The position numbers were made by a program, and so were the translations under genes. From contig CAZCFI010000001.1 of NCBI GenBank assembly GCA_964497915.1, forward strand, positions 14,279-78,278: a stretch of DNA of 64,000 bases, written 5' to 3'. Below are positions 43,838 through 51,751 of this stretch, piece after piece. A model generated the notes under the pieces. It was not told the origin of the DNA. It made no database searches and saw only the letters and a list, made by a program, of their open reading frames with translations. This DNA comes from an uncultured Thermoproteales archaeon. Lineage in GTDB: Archaea > Thermoproteota > Thermoprotei > Thermofilales > CAYSTQ01. How positions within the stretch are numbered: position 1 is the stretch's first letter; every line of letters starts with the position of its first letter.

Positions 43838-44161
43838 TTGCGGGAGCTGCTAGTCGTGGTGATGCCCCTAGTGCTCGTGATCGTACTGTACGCGCTGGGC
43901 AAGCGAGCGGCACCCAGGCCTAGGAGGTCGAGCGAGAGGGACGCCCCCTACGCCTGCGGTGAGGACTTCCCGCCCGTGAGGCCCCACATGGTGGTCAACT
44001 TCTTCTGGTACATCGCCATATTCTTGATATTCGACATGGTCGACTTCATAGTCGCGCTGTCCTACGGCGTCGACCCCCTGTGGCCGCTCGTCTACACGTG
44101 CATCGCCATGCTGGCGCTGCTGGTGGCGCTCACATACAGAACACGGGAAGGATCGCCGTGA
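43838..44161 (+). CDS. nuoA: NuoA-like subunit
   Basis: 'PYACGEDFPP' (compare PYECG) and 3 TM segments. Start TTG 43838 or ATG 43862. Confidence 0.8.
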   Translation: MRELLVVVMPLVLVIVLYALGKRAAPRPRRSSERDAPYACGEDFPPVRPHMVVNFFWYIAIFLIFDMVDFIVALSYGVDPLWPLVYTCIAMLALLVALTYRTREGSP

Positions 44162-44307
44162 ACCAGTGTGTACGCCTTCATGGCGTTAGTGGTCCGTGGA
44201 CCTTGAGCCCACGACAGGCTAGCTCGCCGTTATCAACGCCTTCAGTGACAGAGGGCCAGAGAAAGGCTTTTCTTAAAAGCTAGGCCTTAATCGGGTAGGC
44301 GAGGTGC

Positions 44308-44775
44308 ATGGGCATAGCCTCGTGGGCGCTGAGGTCGTCGCCCTGGATACTGCACTTCAACTCGGGGGGCTGCAACGGGTGCGACATAGAGGTCGTCGCC
44401 GCCCTCATGCCTCACTACGACCTCGAGCGCTTTGGCATACTCCTCAAGGGGAGCCCCAGGCACGCTGATATACTGGTGGTCACGGGCCCCATAACTAGGC
44501 AGGTCGCTAAGAGGCTCATCAGGATCTACGAGCAGATGCCTGAGCCCAGGTTCGTCATGGCCGTTGGCACCTGCGCCATATCCGGCGGGGTGTTTCGGGG
44601 GGCGTACAACGTGTACGAGGGGGTGGACAAGGTCATTCCAGTCGACGTGTACGTCCCCGGCTGCCCCCCAAGACCTGAGGCCATAATAGACGGTGTGATT
44701 AAGCTCCTCGAGAGGCTGAGGGAGGCGAGGGGGCGTGGCGAGGCGAGAGCTGGAGGCCCTGCGCGAGAGGCTTAA
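44308..44775 (+). CDS. nuoB: NuoB-like / group-4 hydrogenase small-subunit-like Fe-S protein
   Basis: Cys ligands in 'NSGGCNGCDIEV', 'GTCAISGG' and 'VPGCPPRPEAI'. The first motif is the hydrogenase-type CxxC, not the complex I tandem CC. Confidence 0.9.
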   Translation: MGIASWALRSSPWILHFNSGGCNGCDIEVVAALMPHYDLERFGILLKGSPRHADILVVTGPITRQVAKRLIRIYEQMPEPRFVMAVGTCAISGGVFRGAYNVYEGVDKVIPVDVYVPGCPPRPEAIIDGVIKLLERLREARGRGEARAGGPAREA

Positions 44776-45229
44776 GGGGACCATAGGCGACAGGTTAATC
44801 AGCGCCAGGGCCGAGGGGGATAGGAGGGTCACCATCGAGCTGGCCCGGGACGGCTTCAAGGATAGCTTCGCGAGGGTCCTCGAGGCTATAGGCGAGCACT
44901 ACGTATCGGCCATCACTGGCGTCGACTGTGGGGACTCCATAGAGGTGATATACCACTTGTGGAGCTTCGACCTCCGCGCGGAGGTGTCAGTGAAGGTGAG
45001 GGTGCCCATGGACGAGCCTAGGCTGCCGACGGTCTGCGACGTGCTGCCAGGCGCCGTCCTCTACGAGAGGGAGGTGCACGACCTACTGGGTGTAACATTC
45101 GAGGGCCACCCTAATCTCAAGCGCCTCGTGCTCCCCGAGGACTGGCCCGAGGGCGTGTATCCCCTTAGGAAGAACGTTTCACTGAGCAAGGTTAGGAAGC
45201 TCATGCTGGGCGAAGGGCGCTCCGCCTGA
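44735..45229 (+). CDS. nuoC: NuoC-like (30-kDa) subunit
   Basis: 'YHLWSF' and 'YEREVHDLLGVTFEGHPNLKRLVLPEDWPEGVYPLRK'. GTG start overlaps the nuoB-like 3' end by 41 nt, so the start is uncertain. Confidence 0.85.
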   Translation: MARRELEALRERLKGTIGDRLISARAEGDRRVTIELARDGFKDSFARVLEAIGEHYVSAITGVDCGDSIEVIYHLWSFDLRAEVSVKVRVPMDEPRLPTVCDVLPGAVLYEREVHDLLGVTFEGHPNLKRLVLPEDWPEGVYPLRKNVSLSKVRKLMLGEGRSA

Positions 45230-45371
45230 GGCTTGCCGCGACTCTGAAGCGCAGCCCCCCGAACGCAGTCTCAGCGTGCCCTTGGCATCCCCCCTAGCAA
45301 CTCACATCAACTGACCGGTCAGCGTTGGAAAGATGCGATCGCGCTGCTACTCTAACTCAACCCCACCCAAC

Positions 45372-46019
45372 TCAATGCTTTGACAGATACTCACAGATAG
45401 CCTTGGCAAAGTCGCCTGCGGTCTCAGGGCCCACAGACGTTATGACGTTCCCGTCCCTGACGACGCGCTCGCTCACGTACTCGGCCCCGCCCTCCTTCAA
45501 CAGAGATATGAGCCTGCTGTCGGGGTAGCAAGTCGCCCTGCGGCCCTCCAACACGCCAGCCCTAGCCAGCACGCCGGGGGCTGCGCATATCGCAGCAACC
45601 AACTTCCCCCTCTTGTCGAACTCCCTGCACAGCTGCTCCAGCACGTCGAGGCCGGGGTCCCGCACCTCCCCGACGACCCTCACGTAGACGCCCGGCCCCC
45701 CTATGATGACTATGCCGTCGTAGGACTCAGCCAGCTCTCCCAGCCTGCCCTTTACGTCGAGTATATAGTAGTCGTACCCTATCCCGACAGTCCTGTTCAC
45801 GGCCAGTATGCTAACCTTGGCCTTGCACTTAGTCAGCGCATTCCTAACTGGCCCCAGCTCCATCGGCTGGTAGTTCTCGAAGACCACTACGAGTACTCTC
45901 TTGCCGCTCAAGTCGTACTGAACCTCCCCGCCTCCAGGGCTGATCAGCATGATGGCCGCGCCCGCTAGCGCTAGCGCTACCGCCACGCCTATAATCGCCA
46001 GCAGCAAGCGCCTCGTCAA
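45372..46019 (-). CDS. DJ-1/PfpI family protein with an N-terminal membrane anchor
   Basis: Nucleophile elbow 'KLVAAICAAPGVLARAG'. N-terminal 'LLLAIIGVAVALALAGAAIMLI'. Encoded antisense between the nuoC-like and nuoD-like genes. Confidence 0.85.
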   Translation of the reverse strand: MTRRLLLAIIGVAVALALAGAAIMLISPGGGEVQYDLSGKRVLVVVFENYQPMELGPVRNALTKCKAKVSILAVNRTVGIGYDYYILDVKGRLGELAESYDGIVIIGGPGVYVRVVGEVRDPGLDVLEQLCREFDKRGKLVAAICAAPGVLARAGVLEGRRATCYPDSRLISLLKEGGAEYVSERVVRDGNVITSVGPETAGDFAKAICEYLSKH

Positions 46020-46247
46020 GCTTGGCCCCCTGACCTCTTACGGCCCGTAGCCATATATCTCTTTGGATGCTGCTGGGCTAGCGCGACAATGGTAGCGCGC
46101 CTGTTAGAGGTGGGACAGCTCAGCTTTACTTACGTACATGCTGACGATCCCCACTTGGCCAGGTCTCGCCCCAGACATGGACAATACATAAGGATATAGC
46201 GGGGGGTCGCTTAATTGAAGTGAGGCCGTGGAGAGGCGCGTGGCGCC

Positions 46248-47438
46248 ATGTGTAGCGAGTACATCGAGATACCAGTCGGTCCGCAGCACCCAGCCCTCAA
46301 GGAGCCGATAAGGTTCGTGTTCCGGATCGACGGCGAGATCGTCGTCGGGGTCGAGCCGAGGCTGGGGTACGCCCACAGGGGGATAGAGAAGCTCGCCGAG
46401 AGCAGGAACTACGTCCAGAATATATACTTGTTCGAGAGGGTGTGCGGCATCTGTAGCGCCGCCCACACGACGTGCTACGTCGAGGCCGTCGAGAGGCTGC
46501 TGGGCCTCGATGCGCCCCCCAGGGCCCGCTACCTCAGGACGATAGTGCACGAGCTGAACAGGATACACAGCCACCTCCTCTGGTTCGGGATACTCGCCCA
46601 CGAGATAGGGTTCGACACGCTCTTCATGTACGCCTGGCGGGACAGGGAGCTCCTGCTGGACGTCGTGGAGGCGCTCACTGGGAACAGGGTGCTCTACGCC
46701 TACAACCTGATCGGCGGGGTGAGACACGACCTAACCCCTCATGTCGAGGAGTCGCTCAGGAAGGTTCTGAGGTACCTGCGTGAGAGGGCGGAGTACTACA
46801 AGAGGGTCGTTGAGGAGGACAAGCTAATCAGGGCCAGGACGGTCGGAGTCGGCGTGCTGAGCAAGAGGGACGCAATCGCGCTGGGGGCCGTCGGCCCTAC
46901 AGCCAGGGGCTCCGGCGTCGACACCGACGTGAGGAGGGACGATCCCTACGCGGCATTCGACGAGGTAGACTTCAACGTCGTCGTGCGCGATGAGGGGGAC
47001 GCCTACGCTAAGACCATGGTCAGGATCTGCGAGATCGTAGAGAGCATAAACGCGATCGAGGACGCTCTCAGCAAGATGCCCGGCGGCGAGATCCGCGTGA
47101 AAGCGCCGCTCAGGGTGCCAGAGGGGGAGGTCGTGGCTCGGGTCGAGGCTCCCAGGGGCGAGTTGCTCTACTACGTCAAGTCTAACGGCACGGACAGGCC
47201 CGAGAGGGTCAAGGTCAGGACGCCGACTCTTGCAAACATACCAGCCGTCTGCAAGATGCTGAGCCAGGCGTACGTGGCCGACATCCCAGTTATAGTGGCT
47301 AGCATAGACCCCTGCATAGCCTGCATGGACAGGGTCGTGCTGGTCGACGTGAGGAGCGGGGAGACTCACGTGGTCTCGGGCAGGGAGCTCCGCAGGTACG
47401 CCATTGAGTGGTACGAGAGGCGGGGGGTCGGGAGCTGA
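46248..47438 (+). CDS. nuoD: NuoD-like 49-kDa subunit retaining both [NiFe]-hydrogenase large-subunit cysteine motifs (group-4 hydrogenase large-subunit-like)
   Basis: L1 'ERVCGICSAAH' (46437-46466). L2 'DPCIACMDR' (47307-47333), followed by a 34-aa tail 'VVLVDVRSGETHVVSGRELRRYAIEWYERRGVGS'. Confidence 0.9.
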   Translation: MCSEYIEIPVGPQHPALKEPIRFVFRIDGEIVVGVEPRLGYAHRGIEKLAESRNYVQNIYLFERVCGICSAAHTTCYVEAVERLLGLDAPPRARYLRTIVHELNRIHSHLLWFGILAHEIGFDTLFMYAWRDRELLLDVVEALTGNRVLYAYNLIGGVRHDLTPHVEESLRKVLRYLRERAEYYKRVVEEDKLIRARTVGVGVLSKRDAIALGAVGPTARGSGVDTDVRRDDPYAAFDEVDFNVVVRDEGDAYAKTMVRICEIVESINAIEDALSKMPGGEIRVKAPLRVPEGEVVARVEAPRGELLYYVKSNGTDRPERVKVRTPTLANIPAVCKMLSQAYVADIPVIVASIDPCIACMDRVVLVDVRSGETHVVSGRELRRYAIEWYERRGVGS

Positions 47439-48427
47439 TGAGCGCAGAGATAGTCAAGCCCCTGGTCGAGGTGCTGGTGTACCCCGGCCTCGCATTCACC
47501 ATCGTCATATCCCTCCTGCTCGAGTGGGTGGACAGAAAGGTGTACGCCAGGGCCCAGAACAGGATAGGGCCGTACCACGTGGGCCCCCACGGCATACTGC
47601 AGCCCTTTGCTGACCTCATAAAGCTGCTCTCGAAGGAGGACATAACTCCAGGGCACGTCGAGAGGTTGGAGTACGTCGTCTCCCCCCTCCTGGTACTGTA
47701 CTTCAGCCTCGTGGGAATCTTCATGGTACCCACCGGCGCCTGGGGCGATGGGCGCTCCGTGGTGCACTTCGAGGGCGACTACCTCCTTGTGCTTACGCTA
47801 GCCACGCTCACCACCGTGTTCACGTTCTTAGCTGGCTGGAGCTCGCTGAACAGGTTCGGCGCCCTCGGCTCCATGAGGGCCCTGCTCCTGATAGCTGGCT
47901 ACGAGATACCCCTCTTCATATGCGCCGCGGCCGTCGTGCTAGACGCTGGGTCCATGTCGCTGACGAGGATAGCGGAGGCCCAGGCTGGCGGCGTGTGGCT
48001 CATCCTAAGACAGCCCATCGGCTTCGTCGCCTCCATAATCGCGATACAGGCTGAGCTCGAGAGGATACCCTTCGACATACCGGAGGCAGAGACCGAGATA
48101 GTGGCTGGCTGGCTCACCGAGATCAGCGGGCGCAAGCTGGCCCTCCTCAGGCTGGCCAGAGACGTCAAGCTCTTCCTGTTCTCCTCCCTGATCGCCACGC
48201 TGTACCTGGGTGGCCCTTGGGCGCTGGGCCAGGCCAACATCGCGGCCTTCCTAGCCAAGGTACTGCTGGTCGTCGTCATAACCTCGATTGTGAGGGCGCT
48301 CTTCGCGAGGTTCAGGATAGACCAGGCGCTCTCCGCCTTCTGGAGGTTCGTGATACCGCTCTCCCTGGCTCAGCTGGTGCTCACACTGGCTCTCAGGTGG
48401 TGGCTGCCATGTCCCTCTCGATGGTGA
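47438..48427 (+). CDS. nuoH: NuoH-like membrane subunit
   Basis: 'RAQNRIGPYHVGPHGILQPFADLIKLLSKED'. ATG overlaps the nuoD-like stop (TGATG). Confidence 0.9.
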   Translation: MSAEIVKPLVEVLVYPGLAFTIVISLLLEWVDRKVYARAQNRIGPYHVGPHGILQPFADLIKLLSKEDITPGHVERLEYVVSPLLVLYFSLVGIFMVPTGAWGDGRSVVHFEGDYLLVLTLATLTTVFTFLAGWSSLNRFGALGSMRALLLIAGYEIPLFICAAAVVLDAGSMSLTRIAEAQAGGVWLILRQPIGFVASIIAIQAELERIPFDIPEAETEIVAGWLTEISGRKLALLRLARDVKLFLFSSLIATLYLGGPWALGQANIAAFLAKVLLVVVITSIVRALFARFRIDQALSAFWRFVIPLSLAQLVLTLALRWWLPCPSRW

Positions 48428-48777
48428 GGGAGCTCCTGAGAACCCTGGTCAGGCGCCCAGTCACTAGGAAGTACCCCTACGAGGTGAGGGAGCCCCCCGA
48501 GAGGTTCAGGGGCAGGATAGCCATCGACTACAGCAAGTGCGTCGGCTGCGGCCTCTGCGCCAGGTTCTGCCCAGCCGCGGCGATAAGGATGGTCATGGTG
48601 GATGTCGGGGGCAGGAAGGTCAGGAGGCCAGAGGTGCACATATACAGGTGCGTGTTCTGCGGGCAGTGCGAGCTGGCGTGCCCCAGGGGCGCCATAAGCT
48701 ACAGCCGCGAGTTCAGGCTGGCAACGTATAATAAAGGCGAGCTTGTACTAAGACCGGAGCCGCCCGGGGGTGGCTGA
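48409..48777 (+). CDS. nuoI: NuoI-like 2x[4Fe-4S] ferredoxin subunit
   Basis: 'CVGCGLCARFCP' and 'CVFCGQCELACP'. ATG 48409 overlaps the nuoH-like 3' end by 19 nt. Confidence 0.9.
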   Translation: MSLSMVRELLRTLVRRPVTRKYPYEVREPPERFRGRIAIDYSKCVGCGLCARFCPAAAIRMVMVDVGGRKVRRPEVHIYRCVFCGQCELACPRGAISYSREFRLATYNKGELVLRPEPPGGG

Positions 48778-49009
48778 GGTGCTCATCATCGAGGCAGTCT
48801 TGTGCGCCTCCTCAGTGGTCCTCGCCATACTGGCGATAGAGCTCAGAAACACGATACACGCCATCCTAGCCCTGCTATTCTTCACGGTAGCCCTAGGGCT
48901 GCTGTACCTGGTCCTGGGCGCGACGTACGTCGCGGTGTTCCAAATCTCGATATACTCAGCCGCCATGACGGCGCTCTTCCTGGTGGCTGAGTACGTCACG
49001 AGGAGGTGA
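48770..49009 (+). CDS. nuoJ: NuoJ-like subunit, N-terminal part (split gene)
   Basis: 'NTIHAILALLFFTVALGLLYLVLGATYVAVFQISIYSAAMTALFLV' matches the conserved NuoJ N-terminal core. GTG start. Confidence 0.7.
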   Translation: MAEVLIIEAVLCASSVVLAILAIELRNTIHAILALLFFTVALGLLYLVLGATYVAVFQISIYSAAMTALFLVAEYVTRR

Positions 49010-49230
49010 GGTGGGTGAGGGCCTGTGGCGCCGCGCTGGGCGTGGCCGTCGCCGCCCTAGTGTGGCTGGCCGTCGCGTGGTCTGAGCCCCCAGTGCTCGA
49101 GGGCCTGAGGGCCCCGCTGCCAGTCACCCTGTGGAGGGAGCTACGCTGGCCCGTGCTGATCCAGGGCCTGGTCATATTCGCGACGGTCACCGCCATAGTG
49201 GCTCTGGTCCGAGAGAGAATAATGAGGTGA
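49006..49230 (+). CDS. NuoJ-like subunit, C-terminal part (separate ORF)
   Basis: The 74-aa two-TM ORF starts with a GTGA overlap. '...WPVLIQGLVIFATVTAIVALV' resembles the last NuoJ helix. Confidence 0.5.
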   Translation: MRWVRACGAALGVAVAALVWLAVAWSEPPVLEGLRAPLPVTLWRELRWPVLIQGLVIFATVTAIVALVRERIMR

Positions 49231-49547
49231 TGGGCGTGGGCGCGCCCTTCGAGCTGCTGTTCGGCACCTCGCTGGCGCTCCTGGCCGTGGGCCTCTACGG
49301 CATAGTGAGCAGGAGGAGCCTGTTCAGGATGATAATATCGCTCGAGGTGGCGTTCAACGCGGGGAACCTGAGCATAATGTCCTTCGTGGCCAGGTCTAGG
49401 AGCCTCGACCCCCTAGGCAGATCCGCCGTGCTAGTGCTGATAGCCACTGAGGCCTGCGCGCTCGCCGTGATGCTGGCTTACCTCATCAACGCCTACAGGA
49501 CGTTCAAGACCATAGACCCCTCTAAGCTGAGGAGGCTGAGGTGGTAG
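49230..49547 (+). CDS. nuoK: NuoK-like subunit
   Basis: 'LFRMIISLEVAFNAGNL' and 3 TM segments. ATG overlaps the preceding stop by 1 nt. Confidence 0.8.
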   Translation: MGVGAPFELLFGTSLALLAVGLYGIVSRRSLFRMIISLEVAFNAGNLSIMSFVARSRSLDPLGRSAVLVLIATEACALAVMLAYLINAYRTFKTIDPSKLRRLRW

Positions 49548-50992
49548 CTGTGCCCAGCGTGCTAGCCCCCCTCGCCCCGCTGCTAGCCTCCGCCATCCTG
49601 TCGCCGTTCCTGAGCAGAGTCGACGGCTTCAGCAGGAGGCTCAGGGCTGGGTGCCTGGCCTCTGCGCTCGCGTGCGCGGCATCCCTAGCGCTCATGCTAG
49701 CGCCCGGTGGGCTGCTGTGGCTAGCCGTCGACGGCCAACCCGCTAGGGAGGGGCCCTGGTTCTACGTAGACGGCCTGTCCGCCTTCTTCGCCACATTGGC
49801 GCTCACTGTGCTACTGGCTGTGGACCTGTACTCCTACAGAGTGCTGCGGGCCGAGGACCTCCCGAGCGCCTACTTCTCGCTCCTGCACCTCATGGCCTGC
49901 GGCCTCTACCTCATATTCGTGGCCGGCGACCTAGTGACGCTGTTCGTCGCCTGGGAGCTCATGAGCGTATCAACCTACGCCCTTATCTGCATAAGGAGGT
50001 CGAACGACCTAGCGCTAGAGGCTGGCGTGAAGTACCTAGTGATGAGCGCAGTGGCGAGCTCCCTAATACTTTACTCGATATCGCTCCTCTACGGGTACAC
50101 GGGGACCTTCTCGTACACCGCCATTAGGGAGGCGGTCGCGAGGATGTGCGACCCGAGGGCCGTGTGGGTGGCCGTCGCCCTCATGACGGCCGGCTTTGGC
50201 TTCAAGTCGGGCCTCGTCCCGTTCCACACGTGGGTCCCGGACGTGTACCAGGAGTCCCTCGACCCCGTGACGGCGATGTTGTCCGGCGCTGCCAGCAAGG
50301 CTGGCATCTACGTCCTAATCAGGGTGTACTACACCCTAGTGCCCGACCCGAGGCTCAGGGTCGCGCTGGCCCTCCTCTCAGCGGCGACGATGACGCTCGG
50401 AAACGTAGCCGCCCTGCTCCAGTCGGACATCAAGAGGCTGCTCTCCTACTCCAGCATAGCCCACATGGGCTACACGCTCATGGGCGTCGCCTCAGGCACC
50501 GCGCTGGGTATAGTGGCCGCGCTATTCCACGCGCTGAGCCACGCACTGGCCAAGCCCCTCGTCTTCATCTGCGCTGGCTGCTACGCCCAGGCCGCCGGCT
50601 CCAGGCGCCTCGAGTCCCTGAGGGGCGTGGGGAGGGGGGGCGGCCCGCTAACGCTCAGCATGGTCCTCGGGCTGCTGTCGCTGGCGAGCATACCTGGGCT
50701 GAGCGGGTTCATGAGCAAGTACATGCTGATAGCGTCCGCCTTCCAAGCTGGCCTCATGTGGCTAGCCCTGCTGGGGATCGCTAATAGCGCGGTGGGGGTG
50801 GCCTACTACGTGAGGGTCATACAGTGCCTCCTAAGCAGGCGCGGCTCGGCCGGGGCTGGCCCCGCCGTCAAGCTACCCCCGGACCTGGTGGCGCTGCCGC
50901 TCGCCCTCGCCAGCCTCTGCGTCCTCTTCGGCCTGAGCCCTGAGCCCTTGGTCAGGTACCTCGCCCTCGCCGCCGCCCAGCTCTCCGGCTGA
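49541..50992 (+). CDS. nuoN: NuoN-like antiporter-type membrane subunit
   Basis: 'FHTWVPDVYQESLDPVTAMLSGA', 'KRLLSYSSIAHMGY'. 483 aa. Confidence 0.9.
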   Translation: MVAVPSVLAPLAPLLASAILSPFLSRVDGFSRRLRAGCLASALACAASLALMLAPGGLLWLAVDGQPAREGPWFYVDGLSAFFATLALTVLLAVDLYSYRVLRAEDLPSAYFSLLHLMACGLYLIFVAGDLVTLFVAWELMSVSTYALICIRRSNDLALEAGVKYLVMSAVASSLILYSISLLYGYTGTFSYTAIREAVARMCDPRAVWVAVALMTAGFGFKSGLVPFHTWVPDVYQESLDPVTAMLSGAASKAGIYVLIRVYYTLVPDPRLRVALALLSAATMTLGNVAALLQSDIKRLLSYSSIAHMGYTLMGVASGTALGIVAALFHALSHALAKPLVFICAGCYAQAAGSRRLESLRGVGRGGGPLTLSMVLGLLSLASIPGLSGFMSKYMLIASAFQAGLMWLALLGIANSAVGVAYYVRVIQCLLSRRGSAGAGPAVKLPPDLVALPLALASLCVLFGLSPEPLVRYLALAAAQLSG

Positions 50993-51472
50993 ACGCCCAG
51001 CTAGCGCCAGTATAGCTGCTGCTAGCTCCCGCCCAGCCCTAGCCACCTCCTCACTGATTTCCGAGCCGACCTCAGTCGACCTGACCTGAATCCCCGCGAG
51101 GTAGGCCTTGAGTGAGGGCGCTAGCGCGCGCAGGTAGGCGACGACCAGGCTTAGAGGGACGTTGTGCGTAGTGACGAGCGCCGGGGGCTCCTCGAGCTCC
51201 TCGACCTCCCCCACTATCAGCGAGCCGGGGCTCAAGCCAGCCTCCACCGCGTCGACGAAGAGCAGCCTGTCGTAGCCGCCCCTCTCCACGAGCCGAGCCA
51301 CGTCCTCAGGCCTGGTCCCTAGGTACACCACCCTGCCCCCTAGGCCGCCGTCGCGGAGCGCGTCGGCGACTAGCTTCCCCACCGCGTCATCCCCCCTTAG
51401 CTCGTTGCCGAGGCAGACGACTAGGAAGTTGCCGCTCAGGGCCTCCCTCAGCTCCCTCAGGGCCTCCCTCAT
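50873..51472 (-). CDS. hydrogenase maturation endopeptidase (HycI/HyaD family)
   Basis: 'LVVCLGNELRGDDAVGKLVA', 'LLFVDAVEAGLSPG', 'VTTHNVPLSL'. The 3' end overlaps the nuoN-like 3' end (convergent, ~120 nt). TTG 51484 is an alternative start. Confidence 0.85.
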   Translation of the reverse strand: MREALRELREALSGNFLVVCLGNELRGDDAVGKLVADALRDGGLGGRVVYLGTRPEDVARLVERGGYDRLLFVDAVEAGLSPGSLIVGEVEELEEPPALVTTHNVPLSLVVAYLRALAPSLKAYLAGIQVRSTEVGSEISEEVARAGRELAAAILALAGRSAGELGGGEGEVPDQGLRAQAEEDAEAGEGERQRHQVRG

Positions 51473-51520
51473 CTCGACCCACAACCGAAATATGTGCGAG
51501 TTGGATAAAGTTTAGCTAGC

Positions 51521-51751
51521 ATGTGCCTGGGCGTGCCAGCGAGGGTCGTCGAGGTGAGGGGCGAGACCGCCCTAGTGGACTGCGGGGGGTACGTGAGGGA
51601 GGTGGACGCCATCCTCCTGCCCGACGTGAGGGTCGGAGACTACGTGATAATCCACGCGGGGGCGATTATAGCCAGGATTGATGAGAAAGAGGCCGTAGAG
51701 CTAATCAAGCTGTGGAGCGAGGTCGCGAGGGCTGCCAGCTCTCCTGATTAG
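51521..51751 (+). CDS. hypC: hydrogenase assembly chaperone HypC
   Basis: N-terminal 'MCLGVPARVVEV' with the essential Cys2. 76 aa. Confidence 0.9.
   Translation: MCLGVPARVVEVRGETALVDCGGYVREVDAILLPDVRVGDYVIIHAGAIIARIDEKEAVELIKLWSEVARAASSPD

Noticed and set aside
46104-46727. 207-aa minus-strand ORF
   Set aside because: It is antisense to the strongly supported NuoD-like gene and has no motifs, so it is a shadow ORF. The same reasoning applies to 40312..41091, 42194..42805, 52280..53047, 12985..13686, 20084..20683, 9582..10283 and 16926..17474.
43838-50992. Plain annotation of the cluster as NADH:quinone oxidoreductase (respiratory complex I)
   Set aside because: The NuoD-like subunit keeps the four Ni-Fe cysteine ligands and a C-terminal extension, the NuoB-like subunit has a hydrogenase-type CxxC, and hyp/endopeptidase genes are adjacent. 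A hydrogenase-type interpretation fits better (see finding), although it is unverified.
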